DNA of 63,603 nt, filler included, from Dirinaria sp. TL-2023a (GCA_051941275.1; 25 parts of 25 records of this genome joined end to end with filler, not necessarily neighbours in it); one strand, 5' to 3'; shown: positions 11,201 to 23,819, numbered from the whole stretch's first letter. Program-made: numbers and translations. Notes: generated from the letters alone by a model not told the origin.

Positions 11201-12415
11201 ATGCATTCCAACAAACTTCAACTCTTCGCCTCAGTCGCGACTTTGAGCTCTCTCACTTACGCTCACGTCAAACTCGTGACCCCGGTCCCTTATGGCGCTT
11301 CGAGTCTAAACACCAACCCTCTGCTTGACGATGGCTCTGACTGGCCTTGTAAGCAGCGCGATGGCTGGGACACGGTCACAAAGTGGAACGTGATGCCTGT
11401 CGGCCAACAGCAAACCATCAGCTTCCAAGGCCAAGCAACTCATGGCGGAGGTGCATGCCAGGTCTCACTCACCACCGACAATCCACCGACCAAAGATTCC
11501 ACCTTCAAGGTCATCAAGTCAATCGAAGGCGGCTGTCCCTCCACCAATCCAGGGAACGTCGGCGTAAATCCCTTCGGATTTGGCGCGGACAAGTTCAATT
11601 TCGCAATCCCAGATTCGGTCAAACCGGGCAACTATTCACTTGCTTGGACTTGGTTCAACAAGATCGGCAACCGGGAGATGTACATGAACTGCGCTCCGGT
11701 TACCGTGACCTCCTCCGGCAAGCGCGATATCCACTCCTCTAGCGATATTGAGAAGCGCGACGGTATCGAAGAGCTCCCGACCATGTTCCGAGCCAACAGC
11801 GGAAATGGATGCTCGACCGCCGCGAGCGGCACAGTCCTGGAGATTCCCGCTGCCAACCTTGGAAAGGTCGTCCAGCGCATCGGTAACGAGCCTCTCACAC
11901 CTCCAGTCGGCAATTGCGGCCCTGGTAGTCCTGCTGAGGGAGGGCAGGGGTCTTCCCCAGCTTCTCCGGCCGCAGGTTCTGCAGGAGTGTCACCGGTGCA
12001 GCCCAGCGCTCAAACTCCTTCCGTTCTGGTTTCTCCCGCAGCCTCCCCAATACAATCCAGCGCCCAAGCTCCTCCGGCGGCAGCTCCTCCCACAGCCTCG
12101 CCAGTGCAGCCTAGCGCTCAGGCTCCTCCGGCCGCCGCTTCCCCAACAGTCTCACCAGTGCGGCCCAGCACTGCACCCTCGCCACCTTCATCCTCCAACA
12201 CCACGGGCTCAGGAGCTGCCAACCCTGGCCCAGGAGGTTCGACAGGCACCTGCAGCACACCTGGCAAGTCCGTCTGTTCTCCCGACGGAAAATCATGGGG
12301 CGACTGCATGGAGAACCACCAAGTCATCTTCCAGCCGGTGGCGCCAGGTACTAAATGCGACCCGGCCCTTGGTGTCGAAGTCCCTCTCACCAAAGCGCGT
12401 GCGTTCAAGGCCTAG
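11201..12415 (+). CDS. AA11 lytic polysaccharide monooxygenase with P/S/A-rich linker and C-terminal Cys module
   Basis: Signal peptide followed by His1 (A|HVKLVTPVPYG). Motifs SDWPCK, HGGGACQVSLT, KVIKSIEGGCP and AWTWFNKIGNREMYMNCAPV. C-terminal CSTPGKSVCSPDG...C...VAPGTKC is X278-like. Confidence 0.9.
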   Translation: MHSNKLQLFASVATLSSLTYAHVKLVTPVPYGASSLNTNPLLDDGSDWPCKQRDGWDTVTKWNVMPVGQQQTISFQGQATHGGGACQVSLTTDNPPTKDSTFKVIKSIEGGCPSTNPGNVGVNPFGFGADKFNFAIPDSVKPGNYSLAWTWFNKIGNREMYMNCAPVTVTSSGKRDIHSSSDIEKRDGIEELPTMFRANSGNGCSTAASGTVLEIPAANLGKVVQRIGNEPLTPPVGNCGPGSPAEGGQGSSPASPAAGSAGVSPVQPSAQTPSVLVSPAASPIQSSAQAPPAAAPPTASPVQPSAQAPPAAASPTVSPVRPSTAPSPPSSSNTTGSGAANPGPGGSTGTCSTPGKSVCSPDGKSWGDCMENHQVIFQPVAPGTKCDPALGVEVPLTKARAFKA

Positions 12416-13015
12416 TTTCGAGAATGGGACTTACTCCTGACTGGCTCAGGACAATTACTTACAGATTGTTGCGCTTGTTTCTTTTTCTCGATTATTGCAT
12501 GCATATGGGGGAGTTTTTTGTTGGCTACTATTCTTGTATAAAGTCTTTCTGGAAAGCCTCTTTTTTTTCTCTTTAGCATGCGATGGATGCGATGGATACT
12601 TTTGATATTGATAGCATGTTCACCAAGATATTTAGTCGAAAAAAGAGTCGTAGTCAATTTCGGACGAATTGTTTTTTGTTTAGGAAATAAGTGAATAACT
12701 CTCTAGTTTATCGCTTTCTAACGACTCTCGCTAAGCGCCTCTTTCTCCCTTTTCTAATCTGCCCTTCTCCGCCCCTCTTCTTACCCCCTTTCTTCGACCT
12801 AGGATTGTTTGTTGGATATTTAAATTTTCGATGAAAAAAAGCGCTTAAAGTGAAAAAAGTAGTTAAGCTCGGACGAATTTCTTCTTGTTTAGCTGTCTAG
12901 TCTATCGTTTCTATGNNNNNNNNNNNNNNNNNNNNNNNNNNNNNNNNNNNNNNNNNNNNTTAATTAATTAANNNNNNNNNNNNNNNNNNNNNNNNNNNNN
13001 NNNNNNNNNNNNNNN

Positions 13016-15211
13016 GAGGCGGGGGGGTGGAAGGCGCGTTCGCAGGTGGTGGAAATGGTGGCACAGGACCAAGAGTGGCGGCGAATGTGGAGGGAGTTCT
13101 GGTGACGTTCGGCTTCGTTTTTGTTCTTGAACTTGTTGTTGCAGTATTGGCACGAGTGTTGCTTTTCGGATTCGTGTGCTCTGGCATCCAATTAGAAGGA
13201 GTGAACACCACAAGTCAGTGGGGACGTTCCTACCTAAGTTCTTCGAGCGTGTCGAATTTCTTCGGCTTTTTGGGACAGCATGTACACATGTGGACGTGTG
13301 CTTGTAGGCTGGGCGCACTGCCTTTCCGTTGGGTAGGGGAGTCACTGGACATTTTCCGTGCGATGGCTGCCGCAGATCTGGGGTCGGGAGAGGTTCGTTG
13401 ATGAGAAGGACGTGGGTTAGACTCACGAGGACTTGGGTTCATAGATACTTGAGCGGGGTACTGCGGGTTTGGAGGGGTTTGTTGATATTCCAACGAGGGG
13501 GAGAGACCACGAGGCGAGAGACGTTCGTGCGACGAGATGCTAGTCAGGCTACTTGCAGCGAGCGATAACGGGCCAGATGACGCGTAGGAACCGTTGCGAA
13601 GACCGATGGACGAGGCAGAAGAGACAGAGCCATGGGGCTGTGCGTAGGGATTGATTGGCGATTGGCGATTGTTTGCTGCGTGATGGGAGGAGCTGCCGCC
13701 CACCGAGTGCAGAGGCACTTTGTCGCCTCGCGAGGCTTCGGGTGGCGGCGACGAGGCGCCTCTCTTCATGCCGGATACTCGAGATTCGGAAGTGGCGTAT
13801 TGTGAATGCTGGTAGGGAGAAGGGTCGTGTGGGGAGTCTCGATCGTCGAGATGAAGGTGTCGCAGGGCGGTGGTGTTATTGTTGTTGCTGGTGTTGGTAG
13901 CAGCGATGGTAGTGTTAGTAGTGGCAGTCGCAGTAATAGCAGCAATACCCGGATCGTCCATGTCAGGTTCTGCAAACACCGACTGCTCCTCATTGGCTCG
14001 CTTAGCCCCGCGAGCTCCGTTAGTCGCTTCGCTCTGAACCGAGCTTCCCGCTGACTCATCCCAGGCAGAAAACACGCTGCCACTGCCAGAGCGACGATTG
14101 CGATGCTGATGCCGCGACACACTCGGGATACTGCCGGAAGAATAGTGGCGATGCTGGGGAGGGTAAGGCTCGATCGCAGACGGAGGCACACTGCTATCAC
14201 TCGTCGAAATCGGACTGCGCATGTCCATGTAGCTCTTCGCGCTGGCCGCCGACGAAACGAGGCTGGGTGAAATCGCCCTTGACCGTGGACTACCTCCGTA
14301 TGCGCTGAACGGTGATCCCTTCGTGAATGGGGATTCCGGCATCGGCCCTCGCGATCCCTCCGAGATGGACAGCGACTTCAGTGGGAGAGGATGCTTGCCA
14401 CTCTGGTAAAAGGACAAGCTGGATGTCGGTGACGCTGCATCAAAACTGCCTGCGGTACTGCGCGGGGGCGTTCTGGGCTTGCCCAGTTTCGATACAATCT
14501 TGTTGTCGTATGCTTGGGACGAATCCACCACATTGCGGCGCTCGAGCGGCCTTTCGCCGTGCAGCAACCTAGAGCCAGATCAGTGGTCGGGTCTGTGAGT
14601 TCGAAAAAGGTAGGATACGAGTTAGCGATGGAAGGAAAGAAAAAGTAGAGGATCATTCGAGTATAGGCACCTGTCTCTCCGCATACCTTCCGTGACAGGA
14701 TCTTGCAATGAACGGCCCTCGGAGATATTGGGTTGACTCACTGTTGATTTGCCAGACTGGATCCAGAAAGGCTGTGATATCCTTCATCGACGAAGCGTGA
14801 GAATTCGCACTTCATCTCCAACGCAGGCCGCGGTTTAACCTTTGAGATGGGGCTGCCACGCCGACGGTCGAGTCTGCCAGCAGACCCACTGTGTGCCATA
14901 TTTTGATCCCAACTCCCACGTAAGCTCGAGCGCGGACTAAATGATGATGCATCGCTTTTGGCGCTCCCACTGTTAAATGTGTCCCTCCATTCTATGCCCG
15001 GAGTGTCGCTTGCAGCGTCATCGTAGATGTACCTGGGTGGGGGCAAGGGTGGAGGCGGAGAAGCAGCTTTCGCATGAGGGATTGCCATTGGCCGTTGCGA
15101 CTTGGAATATGAATTTGTAAAGGACCGACTGAAAGAGCGACCTGGGCCGTGACTGGCGTTAAAGTCGTAGACATGAATCGACGGAGGCGACGTGACGCGT
15201 GGGATATCCAT
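13016..15211 (-). CDS. nsdC: C2H2 zinc-finger transcription factor, NsdC-like (3'-truncated)
   Basis: Exons 15211-14742, 14568-13234 and 13180-edge have canonical splice sites. Zinc-finger region CTCCPKKPKKFDTLEELRAHESEKQHSCQYCNNKFKNKNEAERHQNSLHIRRHSWSC matches my recollection of the Aspergillus NsdC family. Confidence 0.7.
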
Positions 15212-15595
15212 ATTGAACCACAAGCTCGCCACGAGCTGAACGGGGAAAAATAGTAGCGGGTCGTTATTGCGCTGAAATGCTGCAAGGAAAGCGTGGAGTC
15301 GTAGTGTGCGTAGTGGTGGTAATGGTGGTAATAGCACGGTAGTATTGGTGGTGGCAATAAGCAACGGACGTATCGAATGCGAAGAAGCTCGCCCCGAACT
15401 CGGGCTGACCGAAAGCAGGAAATAGCGGATAACATAAGACAAGAAACAACCAACAATCAATCAAGACATGACATCTCCAGTAGAATAACAAGATGNNNNN
15501 NNNNNNNNNNNNNNNNNNNNNNNNNNNNNNNNNNNNNNNTTAATTAATTAANNNNNNNNNNNNNNNNNNNNNNNNNNNNNNNNNNNNNNNNNNNN

Positions 15596-16105
15596 GAAGA
15601 TATATCACATGCAAAGTCGTTCACATACAACATTCTCGAGCGAGCTGAGATCGTCCGATCGATCTGCAGCCCCGAAGAGAGTCTGACAGATGAACAAAAA
15701 TTTCAGCGAAGAATCAAGGCTATTGAGGCCCGAACGACGTTATGTCATCGACAGAAAGCTCAACGCCGTGATCGGCCCAAGATCTCCATCAAGCAAGAGG
15801 AGTCGAATGAAACGATGAACGACATCTACAGAGATGCGAAAGATGAGTTCCGTATAGAATGCCTATCTACTCAATGCCTGTTTTGCCTGAGAAACGAAAG
15901 CTTACCATACCATCATCGGACCTACGAATACTCCAAACCCCACCAGATGATGAACGAGGTTGAGAAGCACCTGAAGAGGTTCGCCTCAGAGGATGAGGTC
16001 CAGTGTCCGCATCCGCAATGCAAGGCGGCAGAACTAGTCCTCTCCAGCATTGAGATCTTCAAGAATCACACGGCGAGGATACACAAGATTTTTTTGCGTG
16101 AATGA
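15596..16105 (+). CDS. C-terminus of DUF3435-family tyrosine recombinase (Starship captain-like), 5'-truncated
   Basis: Frame open from the contig edge: ERAEIV...RRIKAIEARTTLCHRQ...QCLFCLRNESLPYHHRTYEY...MMNEVEKHL...CPHPQCKAAELVL...FKNHTARIHKIFLR, the zinc-finger-like tail typical of DUF3435 proteins. Confidence 0.75.
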   Translation, partial: EDISHAKSFTYNILERAEIVRSICSPEESLTDEQKFQRRIKAIEARTTLCHRQKAQRRDRPKISIKQEESNETMNDIYRDAKDEFRIECLSTQCLFCLRNESLPYHHRTYEYSKPHQMMNEVEKHLKRFASEDEVQCPHPQCKAAELVLSSIEIFKNHTARIHKIFLRE

Positions 16106-17346
16106 ACTTCATTCGCTCTAATTACGATCGCTACCATCCCAGGCATTAAGTATGAACTATTACTTGATAATTATCATGCCAGCTTCTGACGCTCGCGTTG
16201 CTTTCATAATAAGTCAGGCGGATGCTGATGCGGCAAGATTTAAGCTCACTGAGTGGGTCAAAGTGTCCAAACCAGAGTATCTCCATACTACTTTTGACGA
16301 GGTTTTCATGAGAGTTCTTTGCAGATGATAGCTTTATTGAAAGAATATCTTAAGATGCGACTTTGATCTCGTCGTGAATTAAAGATGATTCAGCATCTAA
16401 ATATTGTAGCGCGGCGACACAGGGCCCGTTGCCGATACTTTACTAATCTATTCTATTCTCGTAGACTGAATCTTGAAGATATCAGAAACCCATGCAATGA
16501 TTTGAAAGATGATTGTTGAGACAAGGAAAGTAATTTCTTTTTGGTTGAGCCGTAGCTGCTGCTATGTGAAGCGCGCTGTTCAAGATACATACATATGTAG
16601 TAATGTCCGTTCCTGGGTCAAGAGACGCACCCTGTCACGAGACAAAGTATTGGTACTTTGACTTCAAGCAATCTTGACTTTGCGAATCCTCGAAAGTCCT
16701 GTATATTTTCATATCACTCCTGTGCTAGGGCCAATCTTGAACACTCCTGAGGCCATCTACTGGAAAATTACAATCGTATCTTCGCGACACCCCTGATTTG
16801 CGGCGAGCGTCCTTTTGAAGCGTGACAGCACTCGTCCCTACAGTACTCTCTTCGGGCAGGTGCTATCGTCTAAACTTGTAAAGGAGCCATATCTAAGTCC
16901 TAGAATTCTATGAGAACGCTCAAAAGCCGTTGCCGGCCCTATGGCAGCCGTTGCGCCCCGCATTTATGCGACATCTCGCGCCAACGGGTGCTTCGCACTT
17001 AAGGCGGAACAATTCCGGTTAGAACGAAACAGCTAAGCGATGTCTTATACGTAACAATCAATGTGCAATCTAACTTGTGAAAGCCAACCAAGTCGAGATT
17101 GCGGCTTGTAGCCTTGTGGCTAGGCTCCAACGAATGCAGCTGTCTGAAAGTGCCAACGGTAGTCTCAAATAGCGAGAGAAAGTGAAAGGCACCGACTGAC
17201 ACTCACGAAGAAAGTGATGACGGCCACTAGCCGCTACCACAGCGAACCTTTTATGTCAGCCTTTGGTCAATTGCAAATGCAGTTTTGCTCGGCCATTCGT
17301 GTATGCTGTGTACGTCAAACCATATGTAGGCATTCATGTCACCATC

Positions 17347-18068
17347 ATGGCTGAAGCAGCTGCCGTCATCGGACTCATTGCCTCAATCGCTTCCCTTGTC
17401 GAGCTCACAGCCAAGGTCGTCTCGCGGCTGCACGATTTCACCTCCAAGCCCTCTGAAATTCCCGAGTCAATCCGTTCTCTGTTGACCCGTTTGCCTTTGT
17501 TGACGGGAACACTCCAACACATCCAGTCCCAGGCAGAGGGTGGCCGCTTTCCAGATGATACGACCAAAGCCCTGAAAACAGTTGTTGACGACACTTCGAA
17601 ACAGGTGTCTGATATGCAGATCTCGCTGACCAAAATCCTTCCGTCAGATAGTGCTTCGAGGCTTGAGCGGGCCTTGAAAGCGTTGAAAAGTTTGGCTAAA
17701 GAAAACAAAGTACAACAAGCATTAGAAAAGATCTATAGGAACAATGATATCTTGGTACTATACCAGACAACACGGCATATCAATACGGGTGACCACATCC
17801 TGGAAGCACTGTCGAAGTTGAGTGTAGCATCACCAGCACGACCGTGCCCTTCGTCGACGATCCCGTTTGGGCGAGATCCTGATTTTGTCAATCGTGAAGC
17901 TATCCTGAAGCAGCTTCATCGAAAACGCGCCTTGCCGGCATCTCGGACGGCGCTCGTAGACTTGAGCGGGGTTGAGTAAGCGGAGGCAAGCAGATGCAAA
18001 ATCTCGTGGTTTGAAATACTGACTTCGAGCCAGAAAATCGCAGCTCGCTTTCGAGCTCGGCTATCAAA
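17347..18068 (+). pseudogene. Fungal NLR gene, SesA/HeLo-like N-terminus plus start of NB-ARC; P-loop degenerate (3'-truncated)
   Basis: MAEAAAVIGLIASIASLVELTAKVVSRL is a SesA/NACHT_N-type start, followed by PSSTIPFGRDPDFVNRE. Across intron 17976-18033 the P-loop reads DLSGVEKSQLA instead of GLGGVGKSQLA. Confidence 0.75.
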
Positions 18069-18168
18069 NNNNNNNNNNNNNNNNNNNNNNNNNNNNNNNN
18101 NNNNNNNNNNNNTTAATTAATTAANNNNNNNNNNNNNNNNNNNNNNNNNNNNNNNNNNNNNNNNNNNN

Positions 18169-19895
18169 CCCCTCCACCCTTGCTCCAGCGCGACCAACTC
18201 CGCGCACCGCTCCCCGATCGCGAGCACCGTCAGCATGGGATTAACAGAGGTCATCTCGGGGAACACGCCCGCGTCGGCGATACGGACACCCTTCAACCCG
18301 CGCAGCTTGAGCTCGCTGTCCACCACGGCCATGGGGTCGAGGTCGAGGTTACCCATCTTGGTCGTGCCGGCGGGATGATACACGGTGTGTGCGGCGCGGC
18401 GGCCGTACTCGGAGAGCTGTGCGTCGGTCTGCACGGCGGGACCGGGCGCGACTTCGCGCTTGAGCCACGAGCGGAACGGTTCCTGGCGCGCGACTTGTCG
18501 GGCGGCGCGGAGCCCCGCTACGAGTGTGGCTGCGTCGTAGCCTTGTTCGTCTGTGAAGTAGCGGAAGTCGAGGGCTGGTTTGATGGACTGGTCGGCGCTG
18601 GTCAGGTACAGTTGCCCCCGGGAGCGGGGGCGCGGGATGTTGGGCGTCATGCAGAAGGCGTCGGCGGGCGCGTCGTACCCCAGCCGCGACGTGTTCAGGC
18701 AGAAGGGGATCTGGTAGCAGTGCATCATTATATCGGCGGGTTCGCCGGCGGCGGCGGCCGATGCGCGTCGTAGGAATATTCCTGCGTCGCTGTCCATCGT
18801 GGTTTGGTTCGGCGGGACGGGGGAATTGAGTTCCCACAGGATGATGGTTTCAGGGTGGTCCAGTAGGTTCGAGCCGATCCCGGGGATGTCCTTGACTAGA
18901 GGGATCCCGAGGGGTTCGAGTTGTTGGCGGGGGCCGATGCCCGAGTGTAAAAGGAGGCGCGGGGTGTCGACTGCGCCGGCGCAGAGGATGGTTTCTTGTT
19001 TCGCGCGCAGGCGGAGCCGTGTGCCGGATTGGAGGGTCAAGTTGATGCCTGTCACGGTGGAGCTGTCGTCATCGGCGACATTGACGCGGGAGACCCAGGC
19101 GTTGGTCAGGATGGTGAGGTTGGGTCGAGACTCGTCGCCACGGAGGATCGGGTGGATGTAGGCCACGCTCGAACTGCTCCTGTACCCCGTGTCCGGGTTG
19201 TAGGAGACGGAGAAGAAGCCGACGCCCTCTTGCAGCGCGCCTTCGGAGCGGATGGTCGCGTTGAAGTCGTTGATGATGGGGATACCGAGCGCCGTGGAGC
19301 AGGACTGCACCCAGTCCTTGCAGAGCCTGTTGCGGTGCCGGGAATGCACCGGCTGGACGGTGTTGCGCAGGTTGTCCAGCAGGCGCGTGAAGAGGGAGAA
19401 AGGCCAGTTCCTCACGCCGAGCGATTCCCAGACCTTGCAGTCGTGTTCGAAGGGCCGGAAGGAGATGAGGGTGTTGTGCGAGGAGCAGCCTCCGAGGACT
19501 TTGGCGCGCGAGTGCCGGATGTGTGAGTTTCCTACATAGCAGAAAAACATGTTATCAACCAATGGCGCAACTCGAAATCATACCTTTTTTTTGCTTTTCA
19601 TCTTTTTGGTTTTTTGGTGTATGTATAAAAATAATCAATCTCTCTAACCATTTGGCTGTTCCGTGGTCCCGTAGTCGTAGTCCAGCTCGCCCCCGAGCAG
19701 GTTCAGCCACTCTTTGAGGTTGAGCACTTTGTCATTGAGATAGTCGCTGGGACCAGCCTCGATCAACAGGATCTTCTTCTGCGGCAGGTATTCGGATAGT
19801 CGACTGGCGACGACGCAGCCTGCTGTGCCACCGCCGACGATGAGATAGTCGAAAGAATCCACGTCGGACGGTGAGAGCTCTGTAGTAGTAGCCAT
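18169..19895 (-). CDS. codA: Choline oxidase (GMC oxidoreductase), extreme 3' end missing
   Basis: FAD motif DYLIVGGGTAG, RAKVLGGCSSHN, NLLDHPE, HTVYHPAGT and NPMLTV. One intron at 19532-19648. Confidence 0.88.
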
Positions 19896-22800
19896 CTCGA
19901 ATGGGAAAGCAGTCAAAACAGCTTTCTCTCTCTTTTGTTTTTTTTTTTGAATATGAGATCGAGCTTGTGAGAAAACGAATTTTTCTTTCCTCCTGCACGA
20001 GTATTGTTGAATTTTATGATATCGTGCGCTGAGACGAATGGATTGAAAAGCCAAACAGCCGCCGATTAAACGCTGGTTCTTCAAATGTGGAAATCCTTTG
20101 GAAGGGACTGGCGCAATGTATCAAGTTCTACAGACTTGTATAGGAGGAGCAGGAGTTGAAGAAATCAGAAATTGCATCTAGTCACAAGGCGTATTTTAGA
20201 GCAATTGAAGAATGCGGAGAAGGTTGTGTGCGCGCGCTTGTCAGATACTACTAGAGTACCTTAAGTAAGGTATATCATGAGGATAGAGTCAGCACTTGAA
20301 TACTTTAGTTCCCATGCATCACGCGATCTGCAGCCCGCGAGTTACGGTGAAGTGAATGGTTAAAGTAAGGTACCTTGTTAAGTGTAGGGAGCAAGTTGAA
20401 ATCCAATTGGTGGGGTTCTATTTCTTAGTCTTCTAGTGTACCTGATACATGACGGTAAAAGTACCCTACATCTAGGTGCCTTATGTTAGAAAATTCCTAG
20501 GATCACAGTCCATTGATGAATGCGAGCCCGAGGTCGTGATTGGCTCCCTCTTTCCTTTGAAGTACCTCCATTGTACTTGAGACAGGCCACTCATCACAGC
20601 TGTGGTGATCAATCATCCCATTAGCCGGAACCCAACGAGNNNNNNNNNNNNNNNNNNNNNNNNNNNNNNNNNNNNNNNNNNNNTTAATTAATTAANNNNN
20701 NNNNNNNNNNNNNNNNNNNNNNNNNNNNNNNNNNNNNNNGTGTAATCGATGCTGAACATAAATTTCAAAAATCATTTCGCACAACATTTCAATTTGAATC
20801 TTCGTTTCAAACAAAAAAAATCTTGTCTCAAACAACACATATGCTTGTCTAAGAAAATCATTTTCCCACTTAAGCGAACATATTTAACCAGGAAGTCGAA
20901 GTCTATATTCAGCACACACGCGTTAATCTATCGGACATATCTGTTTTCCGAATACAGATTCTCCCACAAATATCTCATTGAATGAATTACATTATCATCC
21001 AAAATATCAGACTTGCTATTGAAAACAATTATGGCTTCAAAAGAAATTCTTCCATCTTCTGATACCACGCTTTAAGGATCTGTGCCCCAACGGCTGACCC
21101 AGTGCAAAAAAGAGCTTCACGAGTGCCTTCTTTTAATCGAGCAATACATCTCCAGACTAAATCGCTACAGGCTCTGCTTCTGAGATCATTACTGATGAGC
21201 CACGATTACTAAACAATTCCTACCTCCTTCTGAGCGCGGAAATATGTCCGAGCAATAAGTTTTTTTGATTTTCAAGCGACGACTCAAAGAGAGTATGCTG
21301 AATTTAGCCTGTATGAAGATCGTTTTTGATGATGCGGAAAGTTATTTCTTATTTCGCATCGAGCAGTTTGCCTTGAGAATACAGTCTTGTGACTCTATAC
21401 AGGATCTGATATAATTCTCATGCACGATTTATGAATGAGTCTGCTGCGTATCTAGGAGAGTTAAAATTAAGAGATGGTGGGAACCTCTTTATCTGCACTG
21501 CAGCGAAAAGGAAGAGTTGCTAAATACCTTGCTTGAAAAAATGCGGAGATTTATATAGATCTCCTGGAACATTCTACCAGTTTTCTTGAACCTTTGTTTT
21601 GGGCGTCAAATACACACTTCACTCTTCAGATATTGCGAAAATCAGATGCCAGTAGTGAGTAGCGCTTGATATTATTTATCAAACTAATCAAATTATCAAA
21701 TCAAATTAATACAACTCAATATCTCCAATATTCGTCAGATTCACGAGTCGACGGCCGCGTTCATCAGCCTCAGCGAGAACATTCGCTAGTTCAGTCGTCA
21801 CATCCACCCCAATTTCTGCCACAGAGTCAAGTCGGCCGAGCTATCGGAGCGGCACATCAAATCAAACACGTTGCTTTAACAATCTCTGATCTGATGAGAA
21901 ATATCAACTGAAATCGACTTCGAAGAAGATGAACTCGTGGCTCGATAATCAAGATGTGACATTTTCTGATGCATTTCGAGGAATGGAAAAGATATCTGAT
22001 TTATTGAAATGTTTGATTGACGGAATCATCATGTTTCGTCATCATTATCGCAACGGCTATTCGATCGAGAGAAAGTCGACGGACTCAGATTGATTAAGAA
22101 ACTGTATACACTCGATGGCACATTTTCTCGTTAGGACGGACTTGCATTGCTATCTGTACTACGTGATCATGTGACTCGACAGGAAACAACATTCCCATCT
22201 CATCAATCTTGCAAGAGAACTATTTTCTAAGCACATCAAAGCCATAAAAAATCTCTACACAAACCTACTGTTTAAATGTTGCAGACCATTTGAAGATATC
22301 AGACGCACCGTCACGACATTAAAAATTCCCCATACACCAACCTCCCAATTCCCCATCTTCAGTCACGCAACACCAACCTCATCAGCATCCAAAGTGTCTC
22401 GCTTAGCAGAAAGCGAGGATAGAAAAATCTACGAAGACCCTCCCGAGCAAAGTACAAGCCGAAAGACAAGCATAATTTAGGAATGGATATCGACGGAGAG
22501 AGCGACGATGAGGGTTGGAATAGACCAGCAAGAGGATATAACTGTGAATAGAGGTATAAGAGTAGAAGATAAAGAGATTCGGGTTGGAAGGGTAGGATCT
22601 TGATTGGCTTCGCTTCATGCGAAAAATGACAAGTTTTGTGGGGAAATGCTTTGGGATATGTTTGTGAAGAGGATTATATAAAAATTTGCAAATTCTCATC
22701 TTCTCTGGTGCTAAACATTTTTCGTGTGCTGCATGCTCTTCTTCGATGTAGTGGATGATATTTTTTTCTCTCACAAGATGGGGCCCAGGATTAGATTGGA

Positions 22801-23165
22801 AGTGAATCGATAATATTACTGCTTCAGTGGCATCTGCTCCAGAAAGGGGCCATATATTTCACTTTAATGAAGGGACTCTAATCGGCTGTGGTTTTTGGAG
22901 CGCATCCGTAGCCTTCGGTATATTTGCGTACTAATTTGGCCTCTGCTGGTTCCACGCTGTATGCTACGATGATTTGAATGAAGTCTCGCTCGTCACGGAT
23001 ATGTTTGTTTGAATTTCTTTCTGTTTTTCTTATTTGAACTGAGATATGGGAACAGCAGTCCGGATATTATGGTTGTGACCTAATCCACCTTGAGACGAGA
23101 CAGCGTGCTAGAAAGACTCAGCAAGGGTTGTTGTCGTGGTATACTTCTTCAATGAACATGGAACC

Positions 23166-23166
<1 letters not shown>

Positions 23167-23207
<41 letters not shown>
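23167..23207 (+). repeat. Poly(A) tract of about 40 nt
   Basis: Directly visible near the contig end. Confidence 0.9.
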
Positions 23208-23208
<1 letters not shown>

Positions 23209-23310
23209 AGNNNNNNNNNNNNNNNNNNNNNNNNNNNNNNNNNNNNNNNNNNNNTTAATTAATTAANNNNNNNNNNNNNNNNNNNNNNNNNNNNNNNNNN
23301 NNNNNNNNNN

Positions 23311-23819
23311 TTGCAACCTCGATTGCGTGCCAGCTGACACGCCGCCGAGCCCACAGCGCCCGTTGCGCCAAGTACGAGCACCGTATCTGTTGGTCGAAGC
23401 AGGGCACGGTGGAGTGCCAGTGCCGCCGTGGTGAATGGCACGCCCACCGTCGCCGCCTGTGTAAAACTCAGGTTCGAAGGCTTTTTGGCAATTGAGTCGC
23501 ACGGAACGATAAGGTACTCAGCGTGGGTGCCGTCGGTCGTGAAACCTAGAGCGTCGCCGCTGGTCCCATAGATCTCTTCGCCTATGTAATCCGCAGGGCC
23601 ATCAGTGATGATACCGGCGTAGTCGCGGCCGGGGACACGGGGATAGGTGGTGTGTGGAAAAGCGCCACGGGCGTTGCCGACATCGCTGGGGTTGATGCCT
23701 GCGGCGCGGACTTTGACGAGGACGCTGTCTGGAGGGAGAGATGGAATGGGCAGGTTAGTGAGGGTGAGGCTATCGCTAGCGGAGTCGAGGCGGACTGCTT
23801 GCATGGAGTCTTTACTCAT
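23311..23819 (-). CDS. MDR-superfamily (GroES-like/quinone oxidoreductase-type) dehydrogenase, 3'-truncated
   Basis: VLVKVRAAGINPSD, PRVPGRDYAG, DGTHAEY, KPSNLSFTQAA and VLVLGATGAVG. Confidence 0.9.

Noticed and set aside
12640..12915. Imperfect direct repeat (CGGACGAATT...TTGTTTAG...CTAGT.TATCG) about 210 bp apart
   Set aside because: Short, degenerate and cut by the contig end; no element structure can be supported.
19532..19648. Internal AAG|GTATGA in the choline oxidase intron suggesting a stwintron or recursive splicing
   Set aside because: There is no credible branch point upstream of the internal AG.
20740..23210. AT-rich contig with short ORFs and a terminal poly(A)
   Set aside because: No recognisable domain, TSD or retroposon body; probably decayed or intergenic DNA.
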